The notes: generated from the letters alone by a model not told the origin. A stretch of DNA of 52,354 nt from an uncultured Planctomycetaceae bacterium (GCA_964626885.1 CAZVJA010000010.1:1-52354); one strand, 5' to 3'; positions 20,475-27,823 are shown, counted from the stretch's first letter. Program-made: numbers and translations.

Positions 20475-22952
20475 TCAGATATCCCACTCCGCGGTAAGCG
20501 ATTGCCGCATCGATTCTAAAAGCTCCTGGATGCGAATCGGCTTCGAAACATAGCCGTCCATTCCCGCTTCCAGACAGCGCTCCCGATCCCCTTTGAGAGC
20601 GTGGGCGGTCATCGCGATAATCGGCGTCCGCCGGCGGAGTTGATGCGTCGCTTTGCCGGTCGATTCGAGTTCCCGAATGGCGGCCGTAGCCTCAATACCG
20701 TCCATTTCCGGCATCTGCACATCCATCAGAACAATGTCGAACGGCTGTCGCTCGAAGGCCGCCACCGCTTCTCGTCCGTTATTCGCCACAGTCACGGTAT
20801 GGTTCCGCTTGCTGAGCAAGCCGACCGCCAACTTCTGATTCGCGATACTGTCTTCGACGAGCAAGATCCGCATCGGTCCGAGTTCAGCGGGATGCTCGTC
20901 GGCTGGAGCGCCCGAGTTTTCGGAGACTGCCGGAGCTGGCGCCAGTGCATCGAGCATGGCGCGGAATAACTCCGACCGTTTTACCGGTTTGAGTAATCGG
21001 GCGGCGATTCCGGCCCGGCCCGCGCGCAGGCGTTCTTCGGAAATGTCGCCCGAGGTCAGTGCGATGATGATGGTGGATTCAACCTCCGGAGTTTCTCGGA
21101 CCCGTTCCGCGAATGTAATACCGTCCATCTCCGGCATGTTGATGTCGGTGATGACGAGGGAATACGGGTCTCCTTCGCGTTGGGAACGTTGCATCAATTC
21201 GAGGGCCACTCCCCCACCAGAGGCTTGTTCCGGCTCCATTCCCTGTCCGCGCAACAGTTCATCGAGGATCCGCCGATTCGTTGAATTGTCATCGACGATG
21301 AGGATCCGCACGCCCCGGAGCGCTTCCAACGGCAGGCGGAGTTTCGCCGGCGCGTCGCCGGCGGCCCGCGTGAACTTAGCCGTGAAATGAAACGTACTAC
21401 CGACCCCCGGCTCGCTGTCGACCCAGATGTTTCCGTCCATGAGTTCGACCAATCGTCGGCAGATCGCCAGCCCGAGCCCAGTACCGCCGTATTGCCGCGT
21501 CGTGGAGTTGTCGGCCTGCTCGAAGGCGTCAAAAACAAGGCTGATTTTATCGGCAGGAATGCCAATGCCGGTATCTTTCACCTGGAAGTGCAGAATTACA
21601 TCGCCGTTGGTCATCGATTCGCTGTTGAGATCGAGGATGACCTCCCCGGCTTCCGTGAACTTGATGGCATTGCCGACGAGATTCAGGACGATTTGCCGCA
21701 ACCTCCCCGCATCCCCAACAAGCACACCAGGCACGCCGGGATCGATGTGGTACGCCAGTTCCAGGTTCTTCCGGTGAGCGCGGAATGCAAGCGAGCGCAT
21801 TGCGTCCCCGAGACTTTCGTGGAGATCGAACTCCGCGGGACTAAGCTCGAACTTCTGTGCTTCGATTTTCGAGAAGTCAAGTACGTCGTTGATGATCGAC
21901 AACAGTGACTCGGCTGAGTCACGGACGATCTCAAGCGATTCCCGCTGGCCATCTTGAAGTCGGGAGTCGAGCATCAACTCGGTCATCCCGATAATCGCGT
22001 TCATCGGCGTGCGGATTTCGTGGCTCATGTTCGCCAGGAAGATGCTCTTCGCCTGGTTCGCCGCTTCGGCTGCATCTTTGGCGGCGCGCAGGGCTTGTTC
22101 GGCCTGGCGGCGTTTCACGTCAGCTTCATGCCGCTCGGTAACGTCCCAAAACACCGCCTGCACCTGGCTGACTTTGCCCATTTCGTTGCGGACGGGAGAC
22201 TTCCAAACCTCAAAGTAACGTGTGTCGTCTCCGCGGCGGTTCTCCTCAATGTCGCGAAAAATCTCTCCCGTCTCGACCACATGCCGCTCGTCGCGGCTGT
22301 ATTTTTCGGCATTCTCCCGCGAGTGAAAATCGAAATTCGTTTTACCCAGGATCTGGCTGGCGGGAAGTCCGATCAGCCGGCAGTAGTTGTCGTTGACATA
22401 CGTAATGCGGCCATCGAGGTCGGTGCGGGTGACGTAAATCGGCAGGTTCGCAACCAGTGAGTGATACAACGCCTCCGATTCGCGAAGCGCCTCCTGCGCC
22501 TGCCGGCGCTCGAGCACTTCCTGCTTCAACTGTTTGTTCGATTCGGAAAGGTCCGCTTCCGCCTGCTTTTGTAGAGAGACGTCGGTGGCGATTCCGCCGA
22601 TCCGCAGAACCTGACCTTTCGCATCGAAAATCAGCCAGACGTGGTCGCGCAGCCAGCGGACCGTTCCGTCGGGGCAGCAGATGCGGTATTCCTGCCGCAC
22701 TTCGGTTGTATTCCGCAGATGCCGCAGATTGGTACGGACTCGTTCGCGATCATCCGGATGGACGACCTCGAGCCAAAGGTTGGGATCACGATAAAACTCG
22801 GAGCGGGGACGCCCATAAATCCGTTCGGCGGCCCCATTGAGGTAGAGCAACTCGCGACCATCAGCCGTGGTGCACCAGAAGAGGTCTTTCGAGGATTCGA
22901 GCAAGCTCGTCAGCAACTCGACATGCTGTGCCGAGCGTAACTGGTCGACCAT
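20475..22952 (-). CDS. hybrid sensor histidine kinase/response regulator (PAS-PAS-HisKA-HATPase-REC-REC)
   Basis: H-box MSHEIRTPMNAIIGMTELM. HATPase G-boxes (DTGIGI, GGTGLGLAI). Two receiver domains (ILIVDDNSTNRRIL...DINMPEMDG and ILLVEDSIANQKL...MDVQMPEMDG). Confidence 0.9.
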   Translation of the reverse strand: MVDQLRSAQHVELLTSLLESSKDLFWCTTADGRELLYLNGAAERIYGRPRSEFYRDPNLWLEVVHPDDRERVRTNLRHLRNTTEVRQEYRICCPDGTVRWLRDHVWLIFDAKGQVLRIGGIATDVSLQKQAEADLSESNKQLKQEVLERRQAQEALRESEALYHSLVANLPIYVTRTDLDGRITYVNDNYCRLIGLPASQILGKTNFDFHSRENAEKYSRDERHVVETGEIFRDIEENRRGDDTRYFEVWKSPVRNEMGKVSQVQAVFWDVTERHEADVKRRQAEQALRAAKDAAEAANQAKSIFLANMSHEIRTPMNAIIGMTELMLDSRLQDGQRESLEIVRDSAESLLSIINDVLDFSKIEAQKFELSPAEFDLHESLGDAMRSLAFRAHRKNLELAYHIDPGVPGVLVGDAGRLRQIVLNLVGNAIKFTEAGEVILDLNSESMTNGDVILHFQVKDTGIGIPADKISLVFDAFEQADNSTTRQYGGTGLGLAICRRLVELMDGNIWVDSEPGVGSTFHFTAKFTRAAGDAPAKLRLPLEALRGVRILIVDDNSTNRRILDELLRGQGMEPEQASGGGVALELMQRSQREGDPYSLVITDINMPEMDGITFAERVRETPEVESTIIIALTSGDISEERLRAGRAGIAARLLKPVKRSELFRAMLDALAPAPAVSENSGAPADEHPAELGPMRILLVEDSIANQKLAVGLLSKRNHTVTVANNGREAVAAFERQPFDIVLMDVQMPEMDGIEATAAIRELESTGKATHQLRRRTPIIAMTAHALKGDRERCLEAGMDGYVSKPIRIQELLESMRQSLTAEWDI

Positions 22953-23516
22953 GGTCTCTCCTCACGGTAATTCGCTGGTAAATTCGGCGGCAGATCCATC
23001 CCGGCGCCCGCGGATTTCATCGCTTAAAAACAGAGCGCAACTGGGAATTGCCGCCTCTTGCAGTCTATCAACCTCAGAACGGCGGGCAAAGAAGGTTCAG
23101 GCTGAGCGATCAGCTTCTCCCCGGCTTCCGGGAATCTTGTTGCAGAGCGGCTTCAATCGCATGTCGTTTTTAAAACCGGCTGATCCCAGCGTATCGGCAA
23201 TACCTGCTTTGCCGGCATGACGGGTGAACGCCCTCGAAACTCAGCCGCGGTTTTGTCTGAGACAACTCTCGCAGGGACTCAAAAATCTGAGATAACCGTG
23301 AACCTTTTCCATCGCCGGAGCGTCTTATCCCGTAAGAAGAGCCCGGCACACGCACCGGATTGTTTCGACAGGAGCAGAATCAAGTGGATTTCCAACGACC
23401 GAGTTTTCATGGCAATTACCTTGGCAGAGGGGGATTCGCGGAACGGATAGCGAATCAACTCCCAGGCAATTCCTTGCGCCTATGACACCCGGTCGAAAAG
23501 CGGAGAGTTTCTCCAA

Positions 23517-23548
23517 GGCCCGGTGTCGCAGCGACGCCGGGCCTTTTT
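23517..23548 (+). terminator. intrinsic terminator-like hairpin (GGCCCGGTG...CCGGGCC followed by TTTTT)
   Basis: GC-rich inverted repeat 23517-23543 followed by a T5 run. No annotated plus-strand gene upstream. Confidence 0.45.
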
Positions 23549-23718
23549 CGTCGTCGGTCTTTCCCAGGCGCGGGTCGGTAGCTGAGACGGACCAGCGGCG
23601 GTCTGAAGAACCGCAGACGAGGATTCGAGCGCCTCCCGACCCACCTTGCGCACCCGGTGCGCGCATTTCACGGCTAAGGATTTTGGAAATCAGGATGAAG
23701 CGAGATGCAGATCAATCG

Positions 23719-23791
23719 GGCGCGTTTGGCTTCTGGTGAGGCCGTCCGTCTTTCAAGCGGACCAGGTCGGGTTCGAATCCCACACGCGTCA
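23719..23791 (+). tRNA. tRNA-like, anticodon TTC (Glu), imperfect T-stem
   Basis: Acceptor GGCGCGT/ACGCGTC. Anticodon arm TCCGT-CTTTCAA-GCGGA. T-loop TTCGAAT, but the T-stem has only 3 of 5 pairs. Confidence 0.4.
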
Positions 23792-23804
23792 CTCGTCAAG
23801 TAAC

Positions 23805-23875
23805 AGCCCGGTGGTGTAACGGAAGCACTTCGTTCTGATAAGGCGACGGCGGTGGTTCGACTCCACCTCGGGCTA
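23805..23875 (+). tRNA. tRNA, anticodon GAT (Ile)
   Basis: Acceptor AGCCCGG/TCGGGCT. T arm GGTGG-TTCGACT-CCACC. Anticodon loop CTGATAA. Confidence 0.5.
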
Positions 23876-23963
23876 CTTCGGGAGATCAGCGGGCAAATGG
23901 AATCAATAAGAGGACGAACGATGCGAACACGACAACGCTGGAAACCGATCCCCACGATCACGC

Positions 23964-24035
23964 TAGGTCGTGGTGTAGCGGCAGCATCTCTGACTTTTAA
24001 TCAGACGGGTGGGGGTTCGAATCCCTCCGGCCTCA
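23964..24035 (+). tRNA. tRNA-Lys (TTT)
   Basis: Anticodon arm TCTGA-CTTTTAA-TCAGA. T arm GGGGG-TTCGAAT-CCCTC. Confidence 0.55.
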
Positions 24036-24055
24036 TGATTTGGATGAGACAACGG

Positions 24056-24127
24056 CAGCCCGTAGCTCAACGGTGAGAGCGGGCTCCTTATAAGAGCTTG
24101 ACGACGGTTCGACTCCGTCCGGGCTGA
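24056..24127 (+). tRNA. tRNA, anticodon TAT (Ile, rare anticodon)
   Basis: Acceptor CAGCCCG/CGGGCTG is perfect. D arm GCTC..GAGC. Anticodon arm GGCTC-CTTATAA-GAGCT. T arm GACGG-TTCGACT-CCGTC. Confidence 0.6.
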
Positions 24128-24149
24128 ATGGCGGAAACGACACACACGC

Positions 24150-24222
24150 GGGACTGAGGTGTTAGCGGCAGCATTTCCGGCTCTTAACCGGGAAGGTGAG
24201 GGTTCGAGTCCCTCCGGTCCCA
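24150..24222 (+). tRNA. tRNA-Lys (CTT)
   Basis: Acceptor GGGACTG/CGGTCCC. Anticodon arm TCCGG-CTCTTAA-CCGGG. T arm GAGGG-TTCGAGT-CCCTC. Confidence 0.6.
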
Positions 24223-24313
24223 TTGTATCGAATGACCAATGGCTTTCACGATGATCGCTTGACGGTTGTTAGTGGTGGGTTGAAAGCGCGAATGGTCGCG
24301 CATGTTCTTTGAC

Positions 24314-24384
24314 AATTCTTCGAGTAACGCAAAGCGCCCATGATGTAGCGGCTGCCTGCCGCCTTGCCATGGCGGACGTGCGGG
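24314..24384 (+). tRNA. tRNA-Gly (GCC)
   Basis: Acceptor GCGCCCA/TGGGCGC. Anticodon arm CCGCC-TTGCCAT-GGCGG. T arm GCGGG-TTCGACT-CCCGC. Confidence 0.65.
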
Positions 24385-24513
24385 TTCGACTCCCGCTGGG
24401 CGCTTTCTGGAGCAAATAGCTCCCCATCATGGCCGCGAAGTCAGTGTTTTGAACTTTGAATCTACGACCGCCACGAGCCGGAACGGTGATGGAACTTCGT
24501 AGCTGCTCTCATA

Positions 24514-24587
24514 CGGCGTATGGGAAAGTCTGGGAATCCGCGTGCTTCGGGAGCACGAGACCGTCGGTTCAAATCCGACTGCGCCGA
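24514..24587 (+). tRNA. tRNA-Pro (CGG)
   Basis: Acceptor CGGCGTA/TGCGCCG. Anticodon arm CGTGC-TTCGGGA-GCACG. T arm GTCGG-TTCAAAT-CCGAC. Irregular D arm. Confidence 0.55.
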
Positions 24588-24663
24588 CTCATACTCGATA
24601 TCGCCGTCGTGTAGATCGTTAAGTGAAGGTACTCCACGGATAGAAAGACCGCATAGGAGATAA

Positions 24664-25203
24664 TCAACCGCCGTCGGGCTCATCGCCGTCGTCGTCTTGC
24701 CAATTGATCGACTCGATCTGCTGAGCCGAGAGGATCAATAGCGAACCTTGCTCACAGGTAAACTTCGTGCCGAGCATTTGTGCGTCGGTAAAGTCACAGT
24801 CTTCGAGAGTTGACTGCCGTAAATCGGCATTCCGCAGATCGGAACGACTGAAATTCGCACGGACGAAGATGGCGGCCCGGAGATCGGAAGCGATCAATCG
24901 GCCCTCGGTAAAATCCACGTCGAGAAAGTCATTCCAACAAAGCGTGGATTCCGACAGGTCGGTATTCCTGAAGGAACAATCACTGATTTCCGATCGACCG
25001 AAAAAGGTTCGTGGAAGAGTCATGTCGGATAGGTCGACACCACTGACCGCGGTGCGAAAAAAATTGACTCCGAGCGATTCGTCATCGAAACGCGGCTGCC
25101 TCGGAGGGAGAGGCGGTATGGCGTCTTGGTCAATCAACCCCAGTCTCTGCAACTCTCGGCATGACTGCTCGTACGTTCGCCTGGATCGAGATTGTGTGCT
25201 CAT
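24664..25203 (-). CDS. pentapeptide-repeat protein
   Basis: Tandem A(D/N)LxX pentapeptide repeats (SDLRNADLRQSTLEDCDFTDAQ...). The ORF is open to 25410, but that extension would overlap tRNA-Asn (25341-25415), so the start is placed at the internal ATG (MSTQSRSRR). Confidence 0.7.
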   Translation of the reverse strand: MSTQSRSRRTYEQSCRELQRLGLIDQDAIPPLPPRQPRFDDESLGVNFFRTAVSGVDLSDMTLPRTFFGRSEISDCSFRNTDLSESTLCWNDFLDVDFTEGRLIASDLRAAIFVRANFSRSDLRNADLRQSTLEDCDFTDAQMLGTKFTCEQGSLLILSAQQIESINWQDDDGDEPDGG

Positions 25204-25340
25204 AGTCGTTTGTCGCGCCGCCAAATGAATGGTCTTCGTCGAACAATACCACACAGCATTGTTATGGCCATCCCTTATGTCGAAGTCAACGTGCAACAGA
25301 AAGTGTTCAACTAGCCTCGTAGTAAAGCAGAGCAAATTGA

Positions 25341-25415
25341 TGCGGTGGGGCCCGTGCTGGTACGGGCGGGCGGCTGTTAACCGCCGGGACGCACGTTCGA
25401 TTCGTGCCACCGCAG
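25341..25415 (+). tRNA. tRNA-Asn (GTT)
   Basis: Fully canonical cloverleaf. Acceptor TGCGGTG/CACCGCA. D arm GCCC..GGGC. Anticodon arm GGCGG-CTGTTAA-CCGCC. T arm GCACG-TTCGATT-CGTGC. Confidence 0.7.
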
Positions 25416-25427
25416 CTGGTCATCATT

Positions 25428-25510
25428 GGAAGTCATCCGGCTGGATGAGGAACCTGTCTCGAAAACAGGCGCGGCTCAGGTCGTTGTGGGTTCGAGTCCC
25501 ACGGCTTCCG
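25428..25510 (+). tRNA. tRNA-Ser (CGA), type II
   Basis: Acceptor GGAAGTC/GGCTTCC. Anticodon arm CCTGT-CTCGAAA-ACAGG. Long variable arm. T arm GTGGG-TTCGAGT-CCCAC. Confidence 0.65.
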
Positions 25511-25539
25511 CTTCGAGAGTTTCATTAACGCGACTTTAC

Positions 25540-25611
25540 GTGCCGTTGGCCGAGCGGCAGAGGTGCCAGGCCTCCAACCTGGCGAGGCGGGTTCGACTCC
25601 CGCACGGCACT
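25540..25611 (+). tRNA. tRNA-Gly (TCC)
   Basis: Acceptor GTGCCGT/ACGGCAC. Anticodon arm CCAGG-CCTCCAA-CCTGG. T arm GCGGG-TTCGACT-CCCGC. Confidence 0.6.
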
Positions 25612-25619
25612 CTTGGTTC

Positions 25620-25690
25620 GGGCCGGTCGTTCAGCGGCAGAGCAGGTTCCTGTTCAGCACCCGCGCGCGGGTTCGAGTCAGGGCACCGCC
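25620..25690 (+). pseudogene. degenerate tRNA-like element (T-loop TTCGAGT, D arm GTTC..GAGC, GTT-like anticodon loop) whose acceptor and T stems do not pair
   Basis: GGGTTCGAGTCA motif and D-arm-like AGCGGCAGAGC are present, but the 3' half of the T-stem (CAGGG) and the acceptor do not pair. Confidence 0.3.
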
Positions 25691-25731
25691 TAATAGGGTG
25701 GCCCGGTCCTCTCTCAATTTCATCGCGGGGT

Positions 25732-25806
25732 AGTTTCTGCTGGTAGAAGCACGCGGCTTTGAACCGCGAGTTCGTGGGTTCGATTCCCACCCCCGCAGCT
25801 GGCGAA
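25732..25806 (+). tRNA. tRNA-Gln (TTG)
   Basis: Acceptor CGCGGGG/CCCCGCA with a C1-A72 mismatch. Anticodon arm CGCGG-CTTTGAA-CCGCG. T arm GTGGG-TTCGATT-CCCAC. Confidence 0.55.
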
Positions 25807-25852
25807 CTTTCGATCGGTCAATGTGTCTTGCGAAGTACCGATGCTGCGGGGT

Positions 25853-25923
25853 CGTCTAATGGGAGGATGCGACGCTCTGAACGTCGTGATGCTGGTTCGA
25901 GCCCAGCCCCCGCAAATGTGACT
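25853..25923 (+). tRNA. tRNA-Gln (CTG)
   Basis: Acceptor TGCGGGG/CCCCGCA is perfect. Anticodon arm CGACG-CTCTGAA-CGTCG. T arm GCTGG-TTCGAGC-CCAGC. Confidence 0.65.
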
Positions 25924-25954
25924 TTTGAGCATCGGATCAGTTTTCGGCATTAGA

Positions 25955-25973
25955 CATTCGTCATTACAGGTGG
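25955..25973 (+). repeat. dispersed repeat GCATTAGACATTCGTCATT, copy A
   Basis: Identical 19-mer recurs at 27167-27185. An 18-nt inverted copy lies at 27824-27841. Confidence 0.7.
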
Positions 25974-26102
25974 TTTCAAAACCATGTAATTGGGAGGGCG
26001 ACACTCCTGTGGAGCCGCCATAACGAGAGACTTTCGGTCGCAGCGGCTCGGCGGGAGCCTCGCCCTCCCTGTTTTGAAAACACCTGCAGTCATTCCCTCC
26101 CG

Positions 26103-26173
26103 GGGCTCATGGTCCAACAGCAAGACACCGGTCCTGCAAACCGGAAATTCGGGTGCAACTCCCGATGAGTCCA
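26103..26173 (+). tRNA. tRNA-Ala (TGC) with a non-canonical T-loop TGCAACT
   Basis: Acceptor GGGCTCA/TGAGTCC. Anticodon arm CCGGT-CCTGCAA-ACCGG. T arm TCGGG-TGCAACT-CCCGA, with G at position 55. Confidence 0.55.
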
Positions 26174-26275
26174 CTGCGTGCGTGTCACAAAATGCTCTGG
26201 ACGTCGAGATACACCAGGTCGGTAGGGGGTTTCACTCACCGCCAACCACGTTTTGTGAGAAGCATTTTGAAAATC

Positions 26276-26347
26276 GGTCCCGTGGTCCAACGGCGACGAC
26301 ACTTGGCTCACATCCAGGAAACGATGGTTCAATTCCATCCGGGACCA
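26276..26347 (+). tRNA. tRNA-Val (CAC)
   Basis: Acceptor GGTCCCG/CGGGACC. Anticodon arm CTTGG-CTCACAT-CCAGG. T arm GATGG-TTCAATT-CCATC. Confidence 0.65.
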
Positions 26348-26360
26348 TTGAGAACCAGAG

Positions 26361-26434
26361 GCCCAGATACGCCAACCGGTCGAGCGGCTCGGCTTAAACC
26401 CGAGTGACTGTGAGTTCGAATCTCACTCTGGGCA
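26361..26434 (+). tRNA. tRNA, anticodon TAA (Leu codons), type-I size
   Basis: Acceptor GCCCAGA/TCTGGGC. Anticodon arm CTCGG-CTTAAAC-CCGAG. T arm GTGAG-TTCGAAT-CTCAC. 74 nt with no long variable arm. Confidence 0.5.
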
Positions 26435-26447
26435 TAAGTGGAACATC

Positions 26448-26521
26448 GGCTCGGTAGGCAACTGGCAGACCACGCTGTTTCAGACACAGCGATGCTGTGG
26501 GTTCAAATCCCACCTGAGCCA
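26448..26521 (+). tRNA. tRNA, anticodon CAG (Leu codons), type-I size
   Basis: Acceptor GGCTCGG/CTGAGCC. Anticodon arm GCTGT-TTCAGAC-ACAGC. T arm GTGGG-TTCAAAT-CCCAC. 74 nt. Confidence 0.5.
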
Positions 26522-26550
26522 CTGTTGGTGAAGAAGAATCAGAAAACTAC

Positions 26551-26625
26551 GTCCTCGCGGAGCAGTTCGGAGTGCTCGCCACCCTGTCACGGTGGAGATC
26601 GCGGGTTCAAATCCCGTCGAGGACG
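26551..26625 (+). tRNA. tRNA-Asp (GTC)
   Basis: Canonical. Acceptor GTCCTCG/CGAGGAC. D arm GAGC..GCTC. Anticodon arm CCACC-CTGTCAC-GGTGG. T arm GCGGG-TTCAAAT-CCCGT. Confidence 0.7.
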
Positions 26626-26753
26626 CTTGGAAGGAGCGGTCAGCAAAAAACAAAGCGAATTCGCCCCTCTCCCCTCGCGGGAGAGGGGACGGGGGTGAGG
26701 GGGCTTTCATAAACAGCATTACAAAATTTGATCACGGTGAAGTTAGAACGAAC

Positions 26754-26827
26754 GGCACGGTACGCCAACCGGACGAGCGGCCAGTTTCAAAACCTGGTGT
26801 TTGGGGGTTCGAATCCCTCCCGTGCCA
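26754..26827 (+). tRNA. tRNA, anticodon CAA (Leu codons), type-I size; paralog of the 26361 tRNA
   Basis: Acceptor GGCACGG/CCGTGCC. Anticodon region CCAGT-TTCAAAA-CCTGG. T arm GGGGG-TTCGAAT-CCCTC. D arm nearly identical to the 26361 gene. Confidence 0.45.
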
Positions 26828-26837
26828 CATGAAATCT

Positions 26838-26919
26838 GCGTCGGCTGGGCATTGGCGAGCCCAGGTGGCCGTAACCCACCCGCTCCCGAGCTGTGGCGGT
26901 TCAACTCCGTCCCGACGCA
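26838..26919 (+). tRNA. tRNA-Tyr (GTA), type II
   Basis: Acceptor GCGTCGG/CCGACGC. D arm GGGC..GCCC. Anticodon arm GGTGG-CCGTAAC-CCACC. 14-nt variable arm. T arm GGCGG-TTCAACT-CCGTC. Confidence 0.7.
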
Positions 26920-26928
26920 CTTGCTGGT

Positions 26929-26978
26929 AAGAGGGAGGACAGAAACAGAAGGAGGAAGACAGAGGACAGAATACAGAT
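26929..26978 (+). repeat. purine-rich (GA) low-complexity tract with degenerate GGAGGACAGA-type repeats
   Basis: AAGAGGGAGGACAGAAACAGAAGGAGGAAGACAGAGGACAGAATACAGA has almost no pyrimidines on the plus strand. Lies between tRNA-Tyr and the fMet-like tRNA. Confidence 0.6.
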
Positions 26979-27037
26979 GTCGGACGTGAATGATTGCGTG
27001 CGACGGCAACATGCTACGGACAACCGTCGCTCCGTCC

Positions 27038-27106
27038 TCCTCTTCATCGCAGGTGGGCCAGTGTCCAGCCGGGGCTCATAACCCCAGCCTGCCGGGTGCG
27101 ACTCCC
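27038..27106 (+). tRNA. tRNA-Met (CAT), initiator-like
   Basis: Anticodon loop CTCATAA flanked by three G-C pairs (GGGG/CCCC). First acceptor pair mismatched. T arm CCGGG-TGCGACT-CCCGG. Confidence 0.5.
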
Positions 27107-27166
27107 GGACCTGCTATCAGGCTTCAGGTGGCCAGACTTCAGGGAGTCAGGCGATCGAGAAGCCTT

Positions 27167-27185
27167 TGCATTAGACATTCGTCAT
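27167..27185 (+). repeat. dispersed repeat GCATTAGACATTCGTCATT, copy B
   Basis: Identical to 25955-25973. Lies 24 bp upstream of the tRNA at 27209. Confidence 0.7.
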
Positions 27186-27208
27186 TCGGATTTCGTGCTT
27201 TTGATGTT

Positions 27209-27284
27209 GGCCGGGTACGCAATCTGGTAAAGCGGCGAGGTCGAGAGTCTCGTGATTCTGTGGGTTCGACTCCCACCCTGGTCA
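27209..27284 (+). tRNA. tRNA, anticodon uncertain (possibly GAG)
   Basis: Acceptor GGCCGGG/CCTGGTC with two G-U pairs. T arm GTGGG-TTCGACT-CCCAC. The anticodon arm does not fold cleanly. Confidence 0.4.
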
Positions 27285-27308
27285 CTGCCTTGTTGATTTG
27301 GCGAAAGG

Positions 27309-27380
27309 GGTTCCGTGGTCCAACGGCGACGACACCAGCGCGACATGCTGGAGACGATGGTTCAATTCCATCCGGAATCA
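27309..27380 (+). tRNA. tRNA-Val (GAC), paralog of the 26276 tRNA with a swapped anticodon arm
   Basis: Acceptor GGTTCCG/CGGAATC. D arm identical to 26276 (TGGTCCAACGGCGACGACAC). Anticodon arm CCAGC-GCGACAT-GCTGG. T arm GATGG-TTCAATT-CCATC. Confidence 0.6.
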
Positions 27381-27393
27381 CTCGAAGAGTTAC

Positions 27394-27479
27394 GGAAGGG
27401 AGCCGGATACGGGTAGCCGGGCCGGTTTGCTAAACCGTGCGGCCAATCGGTCGTGTGAGTTCGAATCTCATCCCTTCCG
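27394..27479 (+). tRNA. tRNA-Ser (GCT), type II
   Basis: Acceptor GGAAGGG/CCCTTCC. D arm CCGG..CCGG. Anticodon loop TTGCTAA. 16-nt variable arm. T arm GTGAG-TTCGAAT-CTCAT. 86 nt. Confidence 0.65.
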
Positions 27480-27593
27480 CTTTTGACGGTGGAGTGATCG
27501 TCTGTAGGAGCAATTGCCGGGGCACGCTTCGCTTTGCCTCGGCCACCCGCTGCCGTGGAGGAAATGCGTCATCTCGAACAAAAAGTGGAACCG

Positions 27594-27666
27594 GGCCTGA
27601 TGGTGAAACGGAAGATCATCTCTCGCTTCTAACGAGAGGTTCCAGGTTCGAATCCTGGTCGGGCCG
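27594..27666 (+). tRNA. tRNA-Arg (TCT)
   Basis: Acceptor GGCCTGA/TCGGGCC. Anticodon arm TCTCG-CTTCTAA-CGAGA. T arm CCAGG-TTCGAAT-CCTGG. Confidence 0.7.
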
Positions 27667-27700
27667 CTTAATTTGTGACTGCAAGGAGACCTTTTCTGGA

Positions 27701-27729
27701 ATTCGTCATTCGTGCTTCGTCATTAGGAA
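27701..27729 (+). repeat. partial copies of the ATTCGTCATT repeat family (ATTCGTCATTCG ... CGTCATTAGG)
   Basis: Shares ATTCGTCATTCG with copy B and CGTCATTA with copy A. Confidence 0.5.
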
Positions 27730-27739
27730 ATTCCTTTGA

Positions 27740-27813
27740 CGGTGTCCGTGGTGTATGCGGTAGGCATACCTGCCTGTGAAGCAGGAGGTAAGGGTTCAAC
27801 TCCCTTCGGACAC
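27740..27813 (+). tRNA. tRNA-His (GTG) with encoded G-1
   Basis: G-1 followed by acceptor GTGTCCG/CGGACAC and a C73 discriminator. Anticodon arm CCTGC-CTGTGAA-GCAGG. T arm AAGGG-TTCAACT-CCCTT. Confidence 0.75.
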
Positions 27814-27823
27814 CCTTCGCTAG

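Noticed and set aside
27481-27590. tRNA-like 5' half (GGTGGAGTGATCGTCTG...) upstream of tRNA-Arg(TCT)
   Set aside because: No T-arm and no pairing 3' end. At most a fragment, so not called.
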